Origin: Candidatus Undinarchaeales archaeon
GTDB taxonomy: Archaea; SpSt-1190; JASMDC01
Direction: 5' to 3'
DNA length: 64,000 nt
Assembly: GCA_030753015.1 (NCBI GenBank)
Contig: JASMDC010000007.1
Span: forward strand, 63,107-127,106
The notes under the pieces are model-generated. The model did no database searches and was not told the DNA's origin. It saw nothing but the letters and a program-made list of their open reading frames with translations. Positions 36,105-46,391 of this stretch are shown here, one piece after another. How positions within the stretch are numbered: the stretch's first letter is position 1; each line of letters begins with the position of its first letter. The position numbers and the translations under genes are program-made.

Positions 36105-36737
36105 TCACCACCCCGTGCTCTGGACGCCCACCTTGCCGGGGCCCGTGGCGGTGAGGAGGAAGAGCCCCTCGCCCCCGATGAACACCTTGCGCAGCCCCTT
36201 GATCCTGGTGAGGTCCACATCGACCGATGGGTCCTTGTAGGCCATGTAGCCCTGGTCGAGGTCCATCTTCTGTCCTTGTGCCAGGGTGACCTCGACAAGG
36301 TCCCCCTTCACCACGACGAACACCCTTCCGGGTCCGGTGAGCTTCTGATAGAAGAATCCCTGGCCACCGAAGAGGAACCTCCAGGGGAGGATGCCCTTCC
36401 ACACCCGCTCGATGCCGTACGAGAGGGTGATGTCGCCGGCCATGAACGCGCCTTTGCACACGTCGACGGACTGCCCCGGGCCCAGGTCGAGCTCCCTTAT
36501 CATCCCGGGAGAGGAGGCCGAGAGGCCGATGACGCCCGGACCGGTGTACTTGTTCACGGCGATGGTCTCGCCCGTCAGCCACTTCTTGATAGCGGCGAAC
36601 AGGCCGCCCACCATGCTCTCCATATGTGTGGAGGAGGATGCGTAGATCATGGCCCCTGCCTCGCACATGATGGTCTCGCCCTCGTTGAGCTGGACCTCGA
36701 GGATGGGCGTGTATCCGCCGATCTTGCGGATGTTCAA
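36105..36737 (-). CDS. AIM24 family protein
   Basis: EAGAMIY, TGE, GGQGFF, GGEGLF..GPGKV. Confidence 0.85.
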   Translation of the reverse strand: MNIRKIGGYTPILEVQLNEGETIMCEAGAMIYASSSTHMESMVGGLFAAIKKWLTGETIAVNKYTGPGVIGLSASSPGMIRELDLGPGQSVDVCKGAFMAGDITLSYGIERVWKGILPWRFLFGGQGFFYQKLTGPGRVFVVVKGDLVEVTLAQGQKMDLDQGYMAYKDPSVDVDLTRIKGLRKVFIGGEGLFLLTATGPGKVGVQSTGW

Positions 36738-37444
36738 ATCAGCCTCAACCTCCTGGCCCGTGAATAGGGGATGGACCGTCCCATGATGAACATGCTCTTG
36801 ATGGAGTGGATGCCCACGTAGCCGGGCCCCTCCAGCTCGAAGAGGAAGAATCCCTCACCGCCGAGCAGGCCCTTCTTCAGGGTGTCGAATATCCCCTCAC
36901 CCACCTTGCGCAGGGTGACGGCAACGGTGCTGTCCTTGAACAGGAAATGCTTCTCGTCCATCACGAGCTTCTCACCGGGCTGGAGGTACTTGATAACGCA
37001 GTCGCCGGGGACGTGGATGAACACCGTTCCAGGGCCCTGGATCTTCTCCAGCACCAGTCCGACACCCGACAGTCCGACCAGGATCTTGTTGACGATCCCG
37101 CCGCCCAGGAGCTCAGTGACCCATTCGATCGAGAGGTTGACGGTGTTCTCCGCCGCGAGGAACGCGGCTTTGCTCACGTCCAGTTTCTGGCCGCCCTCGA
37201 GCGTGACGTAACGCACATCGCCGGGCGAGGACTTGGACATGCCCAGGGTACCGGGTCCCGTGTAGAGGTTGAGGGCCACGGTCTCGCCCGAGGCGGCGCG
37301 GCCGAACAGGCCCTTCACGCTGGCCTCGAACTCCATGTCGTGGTCCTTGTAGATCATGGCCCCGCCCTCGCAGTAGACGGATTCCCCTACTTCGAGCGTT
37401 GCCTCAAGTATGGGGATGAACCCTCCCATGACCTTGAAGTTCAC
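36734..37444 (-). CDS. AIM24 family protein
   Basis: EGGAMIY, SGE, GGEGFF..GPG; GTG start at 37444. Confidence 0.85.
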   Translation of the reverse strand: MNFKVMGGFIPILEATLEVGESVYCEGGAMIYKDHDMEFEASVKGLFGRAASGETVALNLYTGPGTLGMSKSSPGDVRYVTLEGGQKLDVSKAAFLAAENTVNLSIEWVTELLGGGIVNKILVGLSGVGLVLEKIQGPGTVFIHVPGDCVIKYLQPGEKLVMDEKHFLFKDSTVAVTLRKVGEGIFDTLKKGLLGGEGFFLFELEGPGYVGIHSIKSMFIMGRSIPYSRARRLRLI

Positions 37445-37513
37445 TGAAACCCTCCCCGTTGTGCTCTCTAATGGCTGGCAATTGATATAAAGGAAACGCT
37501 CAAGGATGGTGCC

Positions 37514-38950
37514 ATGCGCGTGCGGGTCATCGCGGCCTACCTGGGGGCCGTGCTGCGCATCGTCGGTGCCACGCTCCTCGTCCCCGCCCTGATGGGGGCG
37601 GCGGCGGGCGAGCCATGGTACACCGTCTCGGCACATATCGTAGCTGCGGTCCTGGCCCTGCTGTGCTGGACCGTGTCCCGGCACCTCGTGATCGAGGCCC
37701 CCACGGTCCAGGAGGCTATGGCCGTGTGCACCCTCTCGTGGGTGGTGGTCTCGGGCGTGGGGGCCATCCCGTTCTACCTGGTCGGGCACATGACCCCTCT
37801 AGACGCGTACTTCGAGGCCGTCTCGGGATTCACGACCACGGGCATAACCATGGTGGCCGATCCCGCCGCCCTTCCTGCAAGCCTCCTGCTGTGGCGTGCG
37901 CTCACCCAGTGGCTGGGGGGGCTTGGGATCCTCACCTTCTTCCTGGCGGTGGTGGTCCCCGGCTCGTCGGCGGCGTTCCAGCTCTTTGCCGCAGAGACAC
38001 ACAAGGTGGATGCCGGGCGCCTGCGCCCCGGGCTGATCTCGTCGATCCAGGGGCTGTGGTGGGTGTACGTGGGGCTCACCGTGGCCGCGGCGGTCACGTT
38101 CGCTGCGCTCGGGATGGATCCCTTCGACGCACTGGCCCACGCGCTGACATGCCTCTCCACAGGCGGCTACTCGACCCGGGCAGCAAGCATCGCCGCGTAC
38201 CCCGCCGCCGTGGTGCCGGCCATCATCCTCTTCATGGCCCTAGGCGGAGTGAACTTCGCCATAATTCACCTGGCGCTCACCAAGGACCTGCGCCGGGCCC
38301 TGGGCAACTACGAGCTGAAGGCCTACGTCCTCATCATCGTGCTCACCACGCTCCTGGTGTGGAGCGACCTGCGCTGGCATACCGCACCCACCGGCACCGA
38401 GGGCTCGGAGGCCGCCTTCCAGGTGGTGTCCGTACTCACGTCAACGGGCTTCGCCACCCGGGACATCGGGACGTTCCCGGCGGTGTCGCGCGTGGTGTTC
38501 CTCGTGCTCATGGTCATTGGCGGGTGCGTGGGCTCCACTGGCGGCGGGCTCAAGGTGGCCCGGTTCGTGCTCCTGCTCAAGCTCGCCCGACGCGAGCTGT
38601 ACCGCCTGCGCATCCCCCGACGGGCGGTGGCGCCCGTGGTGGTAGCAGAGAAACCCGTGCCCGAGTCCGCACTCACCCGCATCGCCGGTATGTTCGTGCT
38701 CTACCTGGCACTGCTGCTGGTCGGTACCCTGGTAACCCTGGCGTTCCACGGGGACATGGGGCCCTTCGAGGCGGCCAGCGGGATGTTCTCGGCGCTGGGC
38801 AACATCGGGCCCTGGTACGTGCCTGCGGGCACGCAGCTCCACGCCGCCGTCAAGCTAACCTATATATTTGGTATGCTCGCAGGTAGGCTTGAGATCCTGC
38901 CGCTCCTGGTCCTGGCCGATCCCAAGACCTGGAAAGGCTTCCCAAGGTGA
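37514..38950 (+). CDS. trkH: TrkH potassium uptake membrane subunit
   Basis: FEAVSGFTTTG, QWLGGLG, STGG, GSTGGGLK, GNIGP, GRLEI. Confidence 0.95.
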   Translation: MRVRVIAAYLGAVLRIVGATLLVPALMGAAAGEPWYTVSAHIVAAVLALLCWTVSRHLVIEAPTVQEAMAVCTLSWVVVSGVGAIPFYLVGHMTPLDAYFEAVSGFTTTGITMVADPAALPASLLLWRALTQWLGGLGILTFFLAVVVPGSSAAFQLFAAETHKVDAGRLRPGLISSIQGLWWVYVGLTVAAAVTFAALGMDPFDALAHALTCLSTGGYSTRAASIAAYPAAVVPAIILFMALGGVNFAIIHLALTKDLRRALGNYELKAYVLIIVLTTLLVWSDLRWHTAPTGTEGSEAAFQVVSVLTSTGFATRDIGTFPAVSRVVFLVLMVIGGCVGSTGGGLKVARFVLLLKLARRELYRLRIPRRAVAPVVVAEKPVPESALTRIAGMFVLYLALLLVGTLVTLAFHGDMGPFEAASGMFSALGNIGPWYVPAGTQLHAAVKLTYIFGMLAGRLEILPLLVLADPKTWKGFPR

Positions 38951-38958
38951 ACTGAACC

Positions 38959-39621
38959 ATGCACGTCATCATCGTCGGGGCGGGGCTGCTGGGCCGTAAG
39001 CTGGCCAAAGGGCTCGCCGAGAACGGCCACGACGTCGTCGTGGTCGAGGAGGATCACCAGCAGTGCGAGGACGTGCGCGCCGAGTCGGGCGCCCTGGTCA
39101 TCAACGGCTCGCCCGAGCGGCCTGCCGTGCTGGAGGAAGCGGGTATCGACCGTGCCGATACCCTCGTTGCCGTCCTGCCCAAGGACCTGGAGAACGTGGC
39201 CGTGTGCGTCATCGGCAAACGCTACAAGGTCCCCAAGATAGTCGCCAAGATCGTGGATCCCGATTATGACGAGGTGTTCCGGCTGGCGGGCGCCCACCAC
39301 GTCGAGGGATGGGCCGACATCCTCTACAACGAGATGATGCTTGAGATCGAGGAGCCCACCGTCCGCAGGGTGGCGAGCCTGGCCAGAGGTGAGGCCGAGC
39401 TCCTGATAGTCAAGGTGCCCGAGGGCTCGTCCATCACTGGGAAGAGCGTGTCCGAGCTGGCCGCCCAGGACGACTTCCCCGAGGGCTTCCTGTTCGTAGC
39501 GGTCATCCGCGAGGGGAAGGTCATCATCACACACGGCAAGACGAAGATCCAGGCAGGCGACGACGTTGTCGTGGTCGCCACGGCGGAGGACGTACCGCGG
39601 ATCGGGAAGCTGGTGGGGTAG
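38959..39621 (+). CDS. trkA: TrkA NAD-binding regulatory subunit
   Basis: IIVGAGLLG RCK_N plus RCK_C domain. Confidence 0.92.
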   Translation: MHVIIVGAGLLGRKLAKGLAENGHDVVVVEEDHQQCEDVRAESGALVINGSPERPAVLEEAGIDRADTLVAVLPKDLENVAVCVIGKRYKVPKIVAKIVDPDYDEVFRLAGAHHVEGWADILYNEMMLEIEEPTVRRVASLARGEAELLIVKVPEGSSITGKSVSELAAQDDFPEGFLFVAVIREGKVIITHGKTKIQAGDDVVVVATAEDVPRIGKLVG

Positions 39622-39693
39622 AGGGTCGGCGAAGAAATACTCCCACTCCTATGAGTTCTCGGAGTGGCGTTCGGCGTGCGGTTTTTTGTTCAG

Positions 39694-39957
39694 TTACTTG
39701 TTCGCTTCAGCGTTCCAGACACGTGAGAGTATCTCCAACAGCTCCTCCCTGAGCTCGTCGGGGATAAAGACACGGTCCTCGGGTCGCCATCTGCCGCCTT
39801 CCCGGGTATAGTAGATGAGCTGGACTCCGGTCTTGAGCCGCTTGATCACGTACTCGGACTCACCGCTCTGGGTCTGGATCCGTTCGCTCACCTGCTTCCG
39901 GTAGGTTCTCTCCAATGCTTTCTGCTTTTCCCACTGGTTCAGGCCCTCATAGACCAT
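39694..39957 (-). CDS. Hypothetical protein
   Basis: ORF with BRE/TATA (GAGGGAAGGTTCTTATAT) ~22 nt upstream. Confidence 0.6.
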   Translation of the reverse strand: MVYEGLNQWEKQKALERTYRKQVSERIQTQSGESEYVIKRLKTGVQLIYYTREGGRWRPEDRVFIPDELREELLEILSRVWNAEANK

Positions 39958-40151
39958 TAAGGAAGGGGGGAACCATAGATATAAGAACCTTCCCTCGGGG
40001 GCGACGAAGGTTTAAATCGCCGTAGATATCGATCTTAATTGTGGCGCAGGTGCACGAATTCGTATCGAAGAAACTGAGGCTCGACGCAGCGGCCAATGGT
40101 CCGGTGGCCGCACGACCGTACGCCCTCGATCGACCTCTTGATGCTTTGCGA

Positions 40152-40553
40152 TCACTTGTCTATTATCCACGTCAAACCCGGGTAGAGGGCGCCGATAAAG
40201 CCCACGGCCATCCCGATCCCAAGTTCGAGCTCATGCTCAGCCCGCAGGTTGTCGGCGACCTTGTGGACCACATCATCAGGTAGGTGAACGTACTCGCCGC
40301 CCTCGTTCTTGTTGAAGTAGTCCGTGCCCGATAGTCCCTTGTCATCGGTGTACACACGGTTACCCCGATCGTCCTCCCAGTGCGACTCCGCGTCGAGATA
40401 CCCAGCAAGGCATGCGGCACCGAACATACTGTAGCCTATCGCCGTGAGCCCGGCCTTGTCTACCCTGCTCAGATCCTCCGTCTGGGAATAGGCTCTAGTG
40501 TCCAGTGGACCCGTGGCCGCGTATCTGTCCGATTCAAGGTCGATCCCGTACAT
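40152..40553 (-). CDS. Acidic hypothetical protein with hydrophobic segments
   Basis: AGGAGG SD; host-like codon usage. Confidence 0.65.
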   Translation of the reverse strand: MYGIDLESDRYAATGPLDTRAYSQTEDLSRVDKAGLTAIGYSMFGAACLAGYLDAESHWEDDRGNRVYTDDKGLSGTDYFNKNEGGEYVHLPDDVVHKVADNLRAEHELELGIGMAVGFIGALYPGLTWIIDK

Positions 40554-40633
40554 CTTGGTGAGCCTCCTTTTCGGTCGTTACTACCGGCGGTCGTAATAGA
40601 AGCGGTTATACTATGTCGTACACTACATTTTCA

Positions 40634-40927
40634 ATGGTCACCGGAAAGCTGGTGATATACGAGCTCAACCACCTCCCACTAAAGGAACGCAACCGGTTCT
40701 GTCGGAGGTTCTACGGGTGGAACGACCGGGCCAACGGTGGCAAGTACACCTACAGCCGGGCGGGATTCCTCGAGGACGTTCCTTTCGTCAGGCCCGAGAA
40801 GTCAGTCCTCATCATCCGAAACGAGGACGTGGGCCGGGTGCTCGCCTTCCTTCACGAGTACGACGCACAGAGCCATATCCGCGATGTAACCCTCACCGAG
40901 GATGATCTGCAGGAGCTCGGGATGTGA
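40634..40927 (+). CDS. Small protein similar to the C-terminal domain of the MNT at 20223
   Basis: RFCRRFYG..GGKYTY..GFL..SVLII pattern; TTATA upstream. Confidence 0.65.
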   Translation: MVTGKLVIYELNHLPLKERNRFCRRFYGWNDRANGGKYTYSRAGFLEDVPFVRPEKSVLIIRNEDVGRVLAFLHEYDAQSHIRDVTLTEDDLQELGM

Positions 40928-40942
40928 ATCTCGGCGACATAC

Positions 40943-41743
40943 CTACGCGCCGATCTCGAGCTCGTAGATGTGCAGCTGGCCGCGGACCTCCACCGGCTCG
41001 ACCCGGTGGGTGGTGAGGAGACCGTCGTCATCGGGAGCATAGCGGTAGACCTGCACCATGGGCACGTACCCATCGCAGAGGACAGCATACCCGCCCTCGC
41101 GCACCGCCAGTGCCTGGTCATGGATTGTAATGCCACTGGAGACCACGAGCTGGAGGTCGAGGCCCTCGTCATCGACCTCGGCCTGAAGGCACCCAGGATT
41201 GCGGACCGCGCCCCATGCATGCTCCTGGTAGTGGTCGGCGCATATCTCCACGCCCATATCGAGGCCCTTGTAGGTGAACGCACCGTCCTCGCTCCCGCTC
41301 GCAAACTCCCTGCCGTAAGCAAGAGCTATGTCGGCCTCACCACCGTCGAACATCTTCCCGTAGTCGCGGACGACCTTCCCGTCATGAATGATAGGCAGCG
41401 TGTTATGGACGTGCTCCTTGTCCTGCCAGACATAGGTACCGGGGAGGAGCAGGAGGTCCTTGCCCTTGGTCCGTGCGGCCATCCCGCTCACCAGCTCGTC
41501 CTTCTCCTTGGGGGAGAGGGGCCGGCCCGGAAGGAAGAAGTACTCCGGCGCCACCAGGACGTCGACGTCGGCGTCGAGAGCACGCTCGATGATGCCCTCG
41601 TAAACGGACACACCGTGGGTGTCGTAGGGCCCCTTCTCCGGGAGCCCGAAATCCTTGCTCGATGTCTCTTTTTGGATGAGGCCGACGCGGATCGTGCGTG
41701 GCCGCTCCTCGGGACCACCTATGTCAAGGTCGTACGCGGACAT
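40943..41743 (-). CDS. Carbon-nitrogen hydrolase (nitrilase superfamily)
   Basis: E-K-C triad: VAPEY, YGK, VEICADH. Confidence 0.82.
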   Translation of the reverse strand: MSAYDLDIGGPEERPRTIRVGLIQKETSSKDFGLPEKGPYDTHGVSVYEGIIERALDADVDVLVAPEYFFLPGRPLSPKEKDELVSGMAARTKGKDLLLLPGTYVWQDKEHVHNTLPIIHDGKVVRDYGKMFDGGEADIALAYGREFASGSEDGAFTYKGLDMGVEICADHYQEHAWGAVRNPGCLQAEVDDEGLDLQLVVSSGITIHDQALAVREGGYAVLCDGYVPMVQVYRYAPDDDGLLTTHRVEPVEVRGQLHIYELEIGA

Positions 41744-41827
41744 GGATGAGACGCCGTGCCTTGCGGTCGGCTTATAAAGATTCTGTTCCCCCTGGCAGGG
41801 TTGCGCACGCTCGATAATGGGTACGGC

Positions 41828-42628
41828 TCACTTGTTGAGTGACAGCTCATAGATGTGCAGGTCGTCGTGGACCTCTGTGGGATCGATAAGCTGCGTATGG
41901 TGCTCGCCGTCCGTATCGGGCATCCGCATCACAACCTCCACGGACGGCCATGAACGCCCCCATTCCTTCCCGTCACAGATGAGCGCGTACCCGTTCTCCC
42001 GCACAGCAAGCGACCGTTCATGAATCGACATCCCGCAGGAGACGATGAGCTGGAGGTCCAGGGAGTCGGGGCCCGCCTCGGTGAGAAGTTGGCCGGGATT
42101 CGACACCCCCCCGCGCCCGTTGCTCTTGAAATGGTCGGCGCAGACCTCGACGCCCAGCTCCAGGTCCTTGTAGGGGATCACGCCGCTCTCCGTCCCAGGC
42201 ACGAAATCCCGCCAGTAACGGTCGGCGATCTTCTGGTCGCCACCGTCCACTTTCTTGTCGTACGCCCGGATGACCTCGCCGCCGTATATGACCGGCAGCG
42301 TGTTGTGGAGGCCCTGGTCGTCGCACCAGACGTAGGAGCCCGGCAGGAGCAACAGGTCCCGGTCCTTGGTACGCTCGGCCATGGACGATATCAGCTCGTC
42401 CTTCTCCTCGACGGTGAGGGGGCGACCGGCGAAGAACGTGTACTCCGGGGCCACCAGGACGTCGATGTCCTCGTCGAGGTACTTGTCGATGAGCGAGATG
42501 TAGTGCTCCACCCGCCCCTGGTCGTAGGGTTCGGTCGCAAGCATGAAGTACTGATCGGACGAGGTCTCGGTCCGGATGAGGCCCACACGGATAGTGGCCG
42601 GTCGCTCCTCGTCGATGAGGTCGTACAT
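41828..42628 (-). CDS. Carbon-nitrogen hydrolase (tandem paralog)
   Basis: VAPEY, YDK, VEVCADH; colinear with the neighbour. Confidence 0.82.
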   Translation of the reverse strand: MYDLIDEERPATIRVGLIRTETSSDQYFMLATEPYDQGRVEHYISLIDKYLDEDIDVLVAPEYTFFAGRPLTVEEKDELISSMAERTKDRDLLLLPGSYVWCDDQGLHNTLPVIYGGEVIRAYDKKVDGGDQKIADRYWRDFVPGTESGVIPYKDLELGVEVCADHFKSNGRGGVSNPGQLLTEAGPDSLDLQLIVSCGMSIHERSLAVRENGYALICDGKEWGRSWPSVEVVMRMPDTDGEHHTQLIDPTEVHDDLHIYELSLNK

Positions 42629-42708
42629 GGATGCACCGCACTGACTCTTGGCCGCATAATAAACTTTACCTTGGGTTCAGTGTAGGTGAACCTAAAACAG
42701 ATGGTGGG

Positions 42709-43083
42709 TCACTCGGTAGGTATCCCGTACTGCCAGCGCTGTATCTTCTTGACGATGCCCGTCCCGGCCAGGATGGGAGCGCCCACCACGCACAGGGGGC
42801 AGGCCACGCCGATGAGGGCGAACTCGCCCACCGCCAGCACTCCCAAACCCGCGCCCATCCTCAGATCGCCCGAACCGTCGTCGGGGAACAGCTCCCCCAC
42901 GACCTCCGCGACGTCCTCCCCGGTCCAGGACTCCTCACCTTGCTGGTCTCCTGTCGCAGTCACCTCGGGCACGGTATCGCCGGTCTGGGGTTCCTCGTAC
43001 TCCCGGGCCGCGTCCGCCGCTCCGGCGTGATCTTCCTCCGCCTCGGCCTCCCGCGCTTCGTCCACGGGCTCCTCGTCGTGCAT
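42709..43083 (-). CDS. Very acidic protein with C-terminal hydrophobic hairpin (CPLC)
   Basis: Composition; host-like codons. Confidence 0.6.
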   Translation of the reverse strand: MHDEEPVDEAREAEAEEDHAGAADAAREYEEPQTGDTVPEVTATGDQQGEESWTGEDVAEVVGELFPDDGSGDLRMGAGLGVLAVGEFALIGVACPLCVVGAPILAGTGIVKKIQRWQYGIPTE

Positions 43084-43147
43084 CCTAGTAATTGATAAGG
43101 CTGAAGACCCTTAACTGCCTTTCGGAGGTGTGCACTGAGAGCGGTGT

Positions 43148-44035
43148 TCAGCGCACGTCCGTGACGAGCCCCTCGACCGTGCCCAGCACGATATCCAGGG
43201 TGCGGTCCAGGTATGCGGCGTTCAGGGACGTACCAATGTCCTTACGTGAGTGTACGACGCTCGCGAAGTCGGGATCGACCTCATCCTCGTCGAGCATCAC
43301 GGCTGATCCGATCGTGGCAGCCGCCAGCCCCTCCTCGCAGAAGGGGCCGTGGTCGGCGTAGAACGTCGAGAACCGGGCCGTGACCGGCTCATACCCGCCT
43401 TTCTGGGCTGCATCGACCAGGCGGGCGTGGAGATCAGCGTCCACATCGACGGAGCCCTCACCGCGGACGATGTCGTAGGTGGCCCGGGGGATGACAAGGT
43501 CGGGTCCCGCGCCCACGCAGTCCAGGTTGATGACAGCGAGCACATCCTCCCGCTCCTCCCGTGACAGCGTCCGCGCGTAGTGCCGCGAGCCGCCAGCGTC
43601 CACCTCCTCACAGTCGAAAACGGCGAGCTTTACGGTGAAGGGCAGGTCGCGACCGCGCAGCCGGTCGACGGCGGCCAGTGCAACGGCGATGCCGGAGGCG
43701 TTGTCCTCGGCACCCGTGCCGGCGATGTAGTCCGAGTGGGCGTTGATGTAGACCGTTCCCGCGTCCCCGCCAGGGAGCGTGGCAACGATGTTTGACGCGG
43801 GCCCGCACGTGGCGTGGTAGAACTGCTCCACATCGTACGTGAGCCCATGGGCGTCGAGCATGTCCTTTACGGCCTCCTGCCGCTGATTGCGCACGTGCTC
43901 GTAGGCTCCAAGCGCATCGGCCTGACCTTCCCGGACGTCCCCGGTGATGGCATCGCCCAGGTCCGTGGCACCGTCGAGGAGCGGAGTGAGGTAGGAGTCC
44001 CAGTCCGTACGCTCCAGATCGAGATAGGACATCAT
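43148..44035 (-). CDS. M28 family metallopeptidase
   Basis: AHSD, GAEDNASG, FDCEE, NLDCVG, ADH, HSRKD. Confidence 0.88.
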   Translation of the reverse strand: MMSYLDLERTDWDSYLTPLLDGATDLGDAITGDVREGQADALGAYEHVRNQRQEAVKDMLDAHGLTYDVEQFYHATCGPASNIVATLPGGDAGTVYINAHSDYIAGTGAEDNASGIAVALAAVDRLRGRDLPFTVKLAVFDCEEVDAGGSRHYARTLSREEREDVLAVINLDCVGAGPDLVIPRATYDIVRGEGSVDVDADLHARLVDAAQKGGYEPVTARFSTFYADHGPFCEEGLAAATIGSAVMLDEDEVDPDFASVVHSRKDIGTSLNAAYLDRTLDIVLGTVEGLVTDVR

Positions 44036-44988
44036 GGCAGTATCCCCAGTGTGCGCAGGATCCCGCGCTCAGTCTTGATGTTGTCCTTGAAGAACTCGCG
44101 GTCGTGCGGACCGTCGGTGACCTCATTGACGATGGCCGCGATGGAGTAGTAGGTGTGGCAGCAGGATTCCTCAAGGCTCCGGTCGGTACCGGTGATGTCG
44201 ATGCCCAGCACCTGCTTCTCCTCGCGGATGAGCTTGATGGCGTCCAGCAGCTCGTCAAGCGACATCTTGCCGTTGGACCAGTCGGTGGACGCGTACTCGG
44301 GGCTGAGGACGTCGAGATCGACGGTGATGTACACAGCATCCGTCTCGGTCCGGTCGAGGGCGCGGTTGACGATGGTGTCGATGCCCTCCTTTTCCACCGT
44401 GTGCCACTTCACGTCCACCCAGTGCTTGTCCGCGTCGTACTGCTTCGAGACGCAGTCCACGTCGGGCTCGTGGTCCATCTTGGTGAATCGGGCCTCCGCT
44501 GCCGAGTAGGGGTAGATACCAGCGCCCTTGTCGAGCACCTCGGTGTCCATCCACTTGCCGTTGTCGACCATGGAGTCGGCGCCGATGACCACCTGCTTGG
44601 TGGCGTATGGGGAGTCCTTGGTGAGCTTGGAAAGATAATTCCCGCAGTCGATCGATCCTGCGCTTGGGCGCGAGTCACCATGCTTGTCGAAGTGGAACAT
44701 GGTGTACGGCACCTCATGCTTATCGATGGCCCCACGGCACATTCCGTAGGTGAGGTGGTGGTAGGTGCCTGAGCCGTTGAGCATGATCACCGGTCCATCG
44801 TTGAAGACGACGTCGTCATATAGGGCCATGAGGTCCTCGGGATCAGTGGCAGTGAGCTCGTTCGCTTCCGCGGTCGAGGGATTGATGGTATGGACGGAGT
44901 CCTGGTCGGTCACCAGCTCGAGCTTGTGCAGCAGCTCCATGTACTGGGGGACGGTGTGATCGATGTTGGAGACAACGTATTCCGTCAC
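44032..44988 (-). CDS. Arginase/ureohydrolase family protein
   Basis: GSGTYHH, FDKHGD, YITVDLDVL; GTG start ~24 nt after TTTATGAA. Confidence 0.82.
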   Translation of the reverse strand: MTEYVVSNIDHTVPQYMELLHKLELVTDQDSVHTINPSTAEANELTATDPEDLMALYDDVVFNDGPVIMLNGSGTYHHLTYGMCRGAIDKHEVPYTMFHFDKHGDSRPSAGSIDCGNYLSKLTKDSPYATKQVVIGADSMVDNGKWMDTEVLDKGAGIYPYSAAEARFTKMDHEPDVDCVSKQYDADKHWVDVKWHTVEKEGIDTIVNRALDRTETDAVYITVDLDVLSPEYASTDWSNGKMSLDELLDAIKLIREEKQVLGIDITGTDRSLEESCCHTYYSIAAIVNEVTDGPHDREFFKDNIKTERGILRTLGILP

Positions 44989-45123
44989 GGTGGGCGCACG
45001 GCCCCCAGCCCGGTTCATAAACCTTCCCTTTACCTGTCCCTGCGGAGTGGTGACACCTTGGATCGAAGCGTACACATTTAACCAAGCCCCCCTGCCCGAT
45101 GCCCTCATCCAGGTGAACCCCCC

Positions 45124-45762
45124 ATGGAGATCGAGATTTACGACGGTGAAGATCTGTACGATTCACGGTCACTTTCAAGCGACGAGTGCGCTGCAATATC
45201 CTACAAGACCCATCCATTGGTCTCCTTCGGCCCGGTCACTTCGATCCCTCTGGGCGGGGATGGCGTCGGCGAGCCTGTCGAGCACGAGGTGGAGGAGCCG
45301 GCGTACAGCACCCTCACGATGCCCTTGGGCGATCTGGGCGGGATGCTCGGCGAGGGCACCACCACCCACCGGATCTACGGCGCCGACCTTTTGGAGGACG
45401 GCGACGGGTATGTCATGGACGCGCCGGTGTGCATCGAGAGCGAATTCCAGAAGGGCTGGAACATCCCGAACTGGACCGGCTACACGTTCAAGGACATGGA
45501 CGGCGACGACACCATCACCGTGGAGCTCAAGTTCGAGAGCGAAGACGTGTCCGCTGTCTACGTCCCCCTCATCGAGGAGGCCCTGAAGTCAAGGGACGAC
45601 GCAGGGATGGAGGCCATCATGGAGTCGCTCGTCCTGGACCCGGACGCCTACGTGGAGTCGGCGAGGATGACGATGTATGTCAACAGCGACGACGTGGTCG
45701 ATGACCGCGTCGAGGTGTCCTTCCGGCGAATCGAGGAGTTCGAGATCGGCGCTCAGGTCTGA
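45124..45762 (+). CDS. Acidic hypothetical protein
   Basis: AGGTGA SD; host-like codon usage. Confidence 0.7.
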   Translation: MEIEIYDGEDLYDSRSLSSDECAAISYKTHPLVSFGPVTSIPLGGDGVGEPVEHEVEEPAYSTLTMPLGDLGGMLGEGTTTHRIYGADLLEDGDGYVMDAPVCIESEFQKGWNIPNWTGYTFKDMDGDDTITVELKFESEDVSAVYVPLIEEALKSRDDAGMEAIMESLVLDPDAYVESARMTMYVNSDDVVDDRVEVSFRRIEEFEIGAQV

Positions 45763-45781
45763 CAGTAGGGATCACGTACTA

Positions 45782-46243
45782 CTATCCCTTCATCCTCTTG
45801 CACTTGGGGGCGACGCCGGTGCGGCAGTACTCCTTGAAGTTCTGGACCCACCTCGGCTCCTCGGGCAGGCACTCCATGAACCGTACGAAGTTGCGGAACT
45901 GCTCGACCGTGGCAGGGTCGAGGTTATGCTCGATCTCGCAGGCGTCCTTGCGTGCGATCTCGTCCGGGACGAGGAGGATGCGGAGCATCTTGGCGATGGT
46001 GTCATGGCGTGTCTTCATATCACGGGCGATCTTCTCGCCCCGGGGGGTGAGCGTGACCATTCCGTAGCGCTCGTAGACGGCCAGCCCCTCATCGGTCAGG
46101 CGCTTGACCATGTCCGTCACGCTGGGGGAGGTGACGCTGAGGTGTGCAGCGATGTCCTTGGGCCGCGCGTACCCCTTCTCCTGGATGAGTAGGTAGATCG
46201 CCTCGAGGTAGTCCTCGCTGCTCCGCGTCAGCCGCATTGTCAT
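45782..46243 (-). CDS. DtxR/MntR family metal-dependent regulator
   Basis: EDYLEAIY, SPSVTDMVKRL, LTPRG, RH, DACEIEH. Confidence 0.92.
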   Translation of the reverse strand: MTMRLTRSSEDYLEAIYLLIQEKGYARPKDIAAHLSVTSPSVTDMVKRLTDEGLAVYERYGMVTLTPRGEKIARDMKTRHDTIAKMLRILLVPDEIARKDACEIEHNLDPATVEQFRNFVRFMECLPEEPRWVQNFKEYCRTGVAPKCKRMKG

Positions 46244-46391
46244 ACACATAAGCCATGAGCTTTTTTATGTGCGACGGTCGGCGACCGTGAATTCTCTGGT
46301 CTGGCCCCGACTCTGTGTCCCGGCGTTCGCCATCTCGCAGGAGCGCCCCGGGGAAAGGTATAAATAGCGCCCCCCGGGCCCATCGCCGTCA

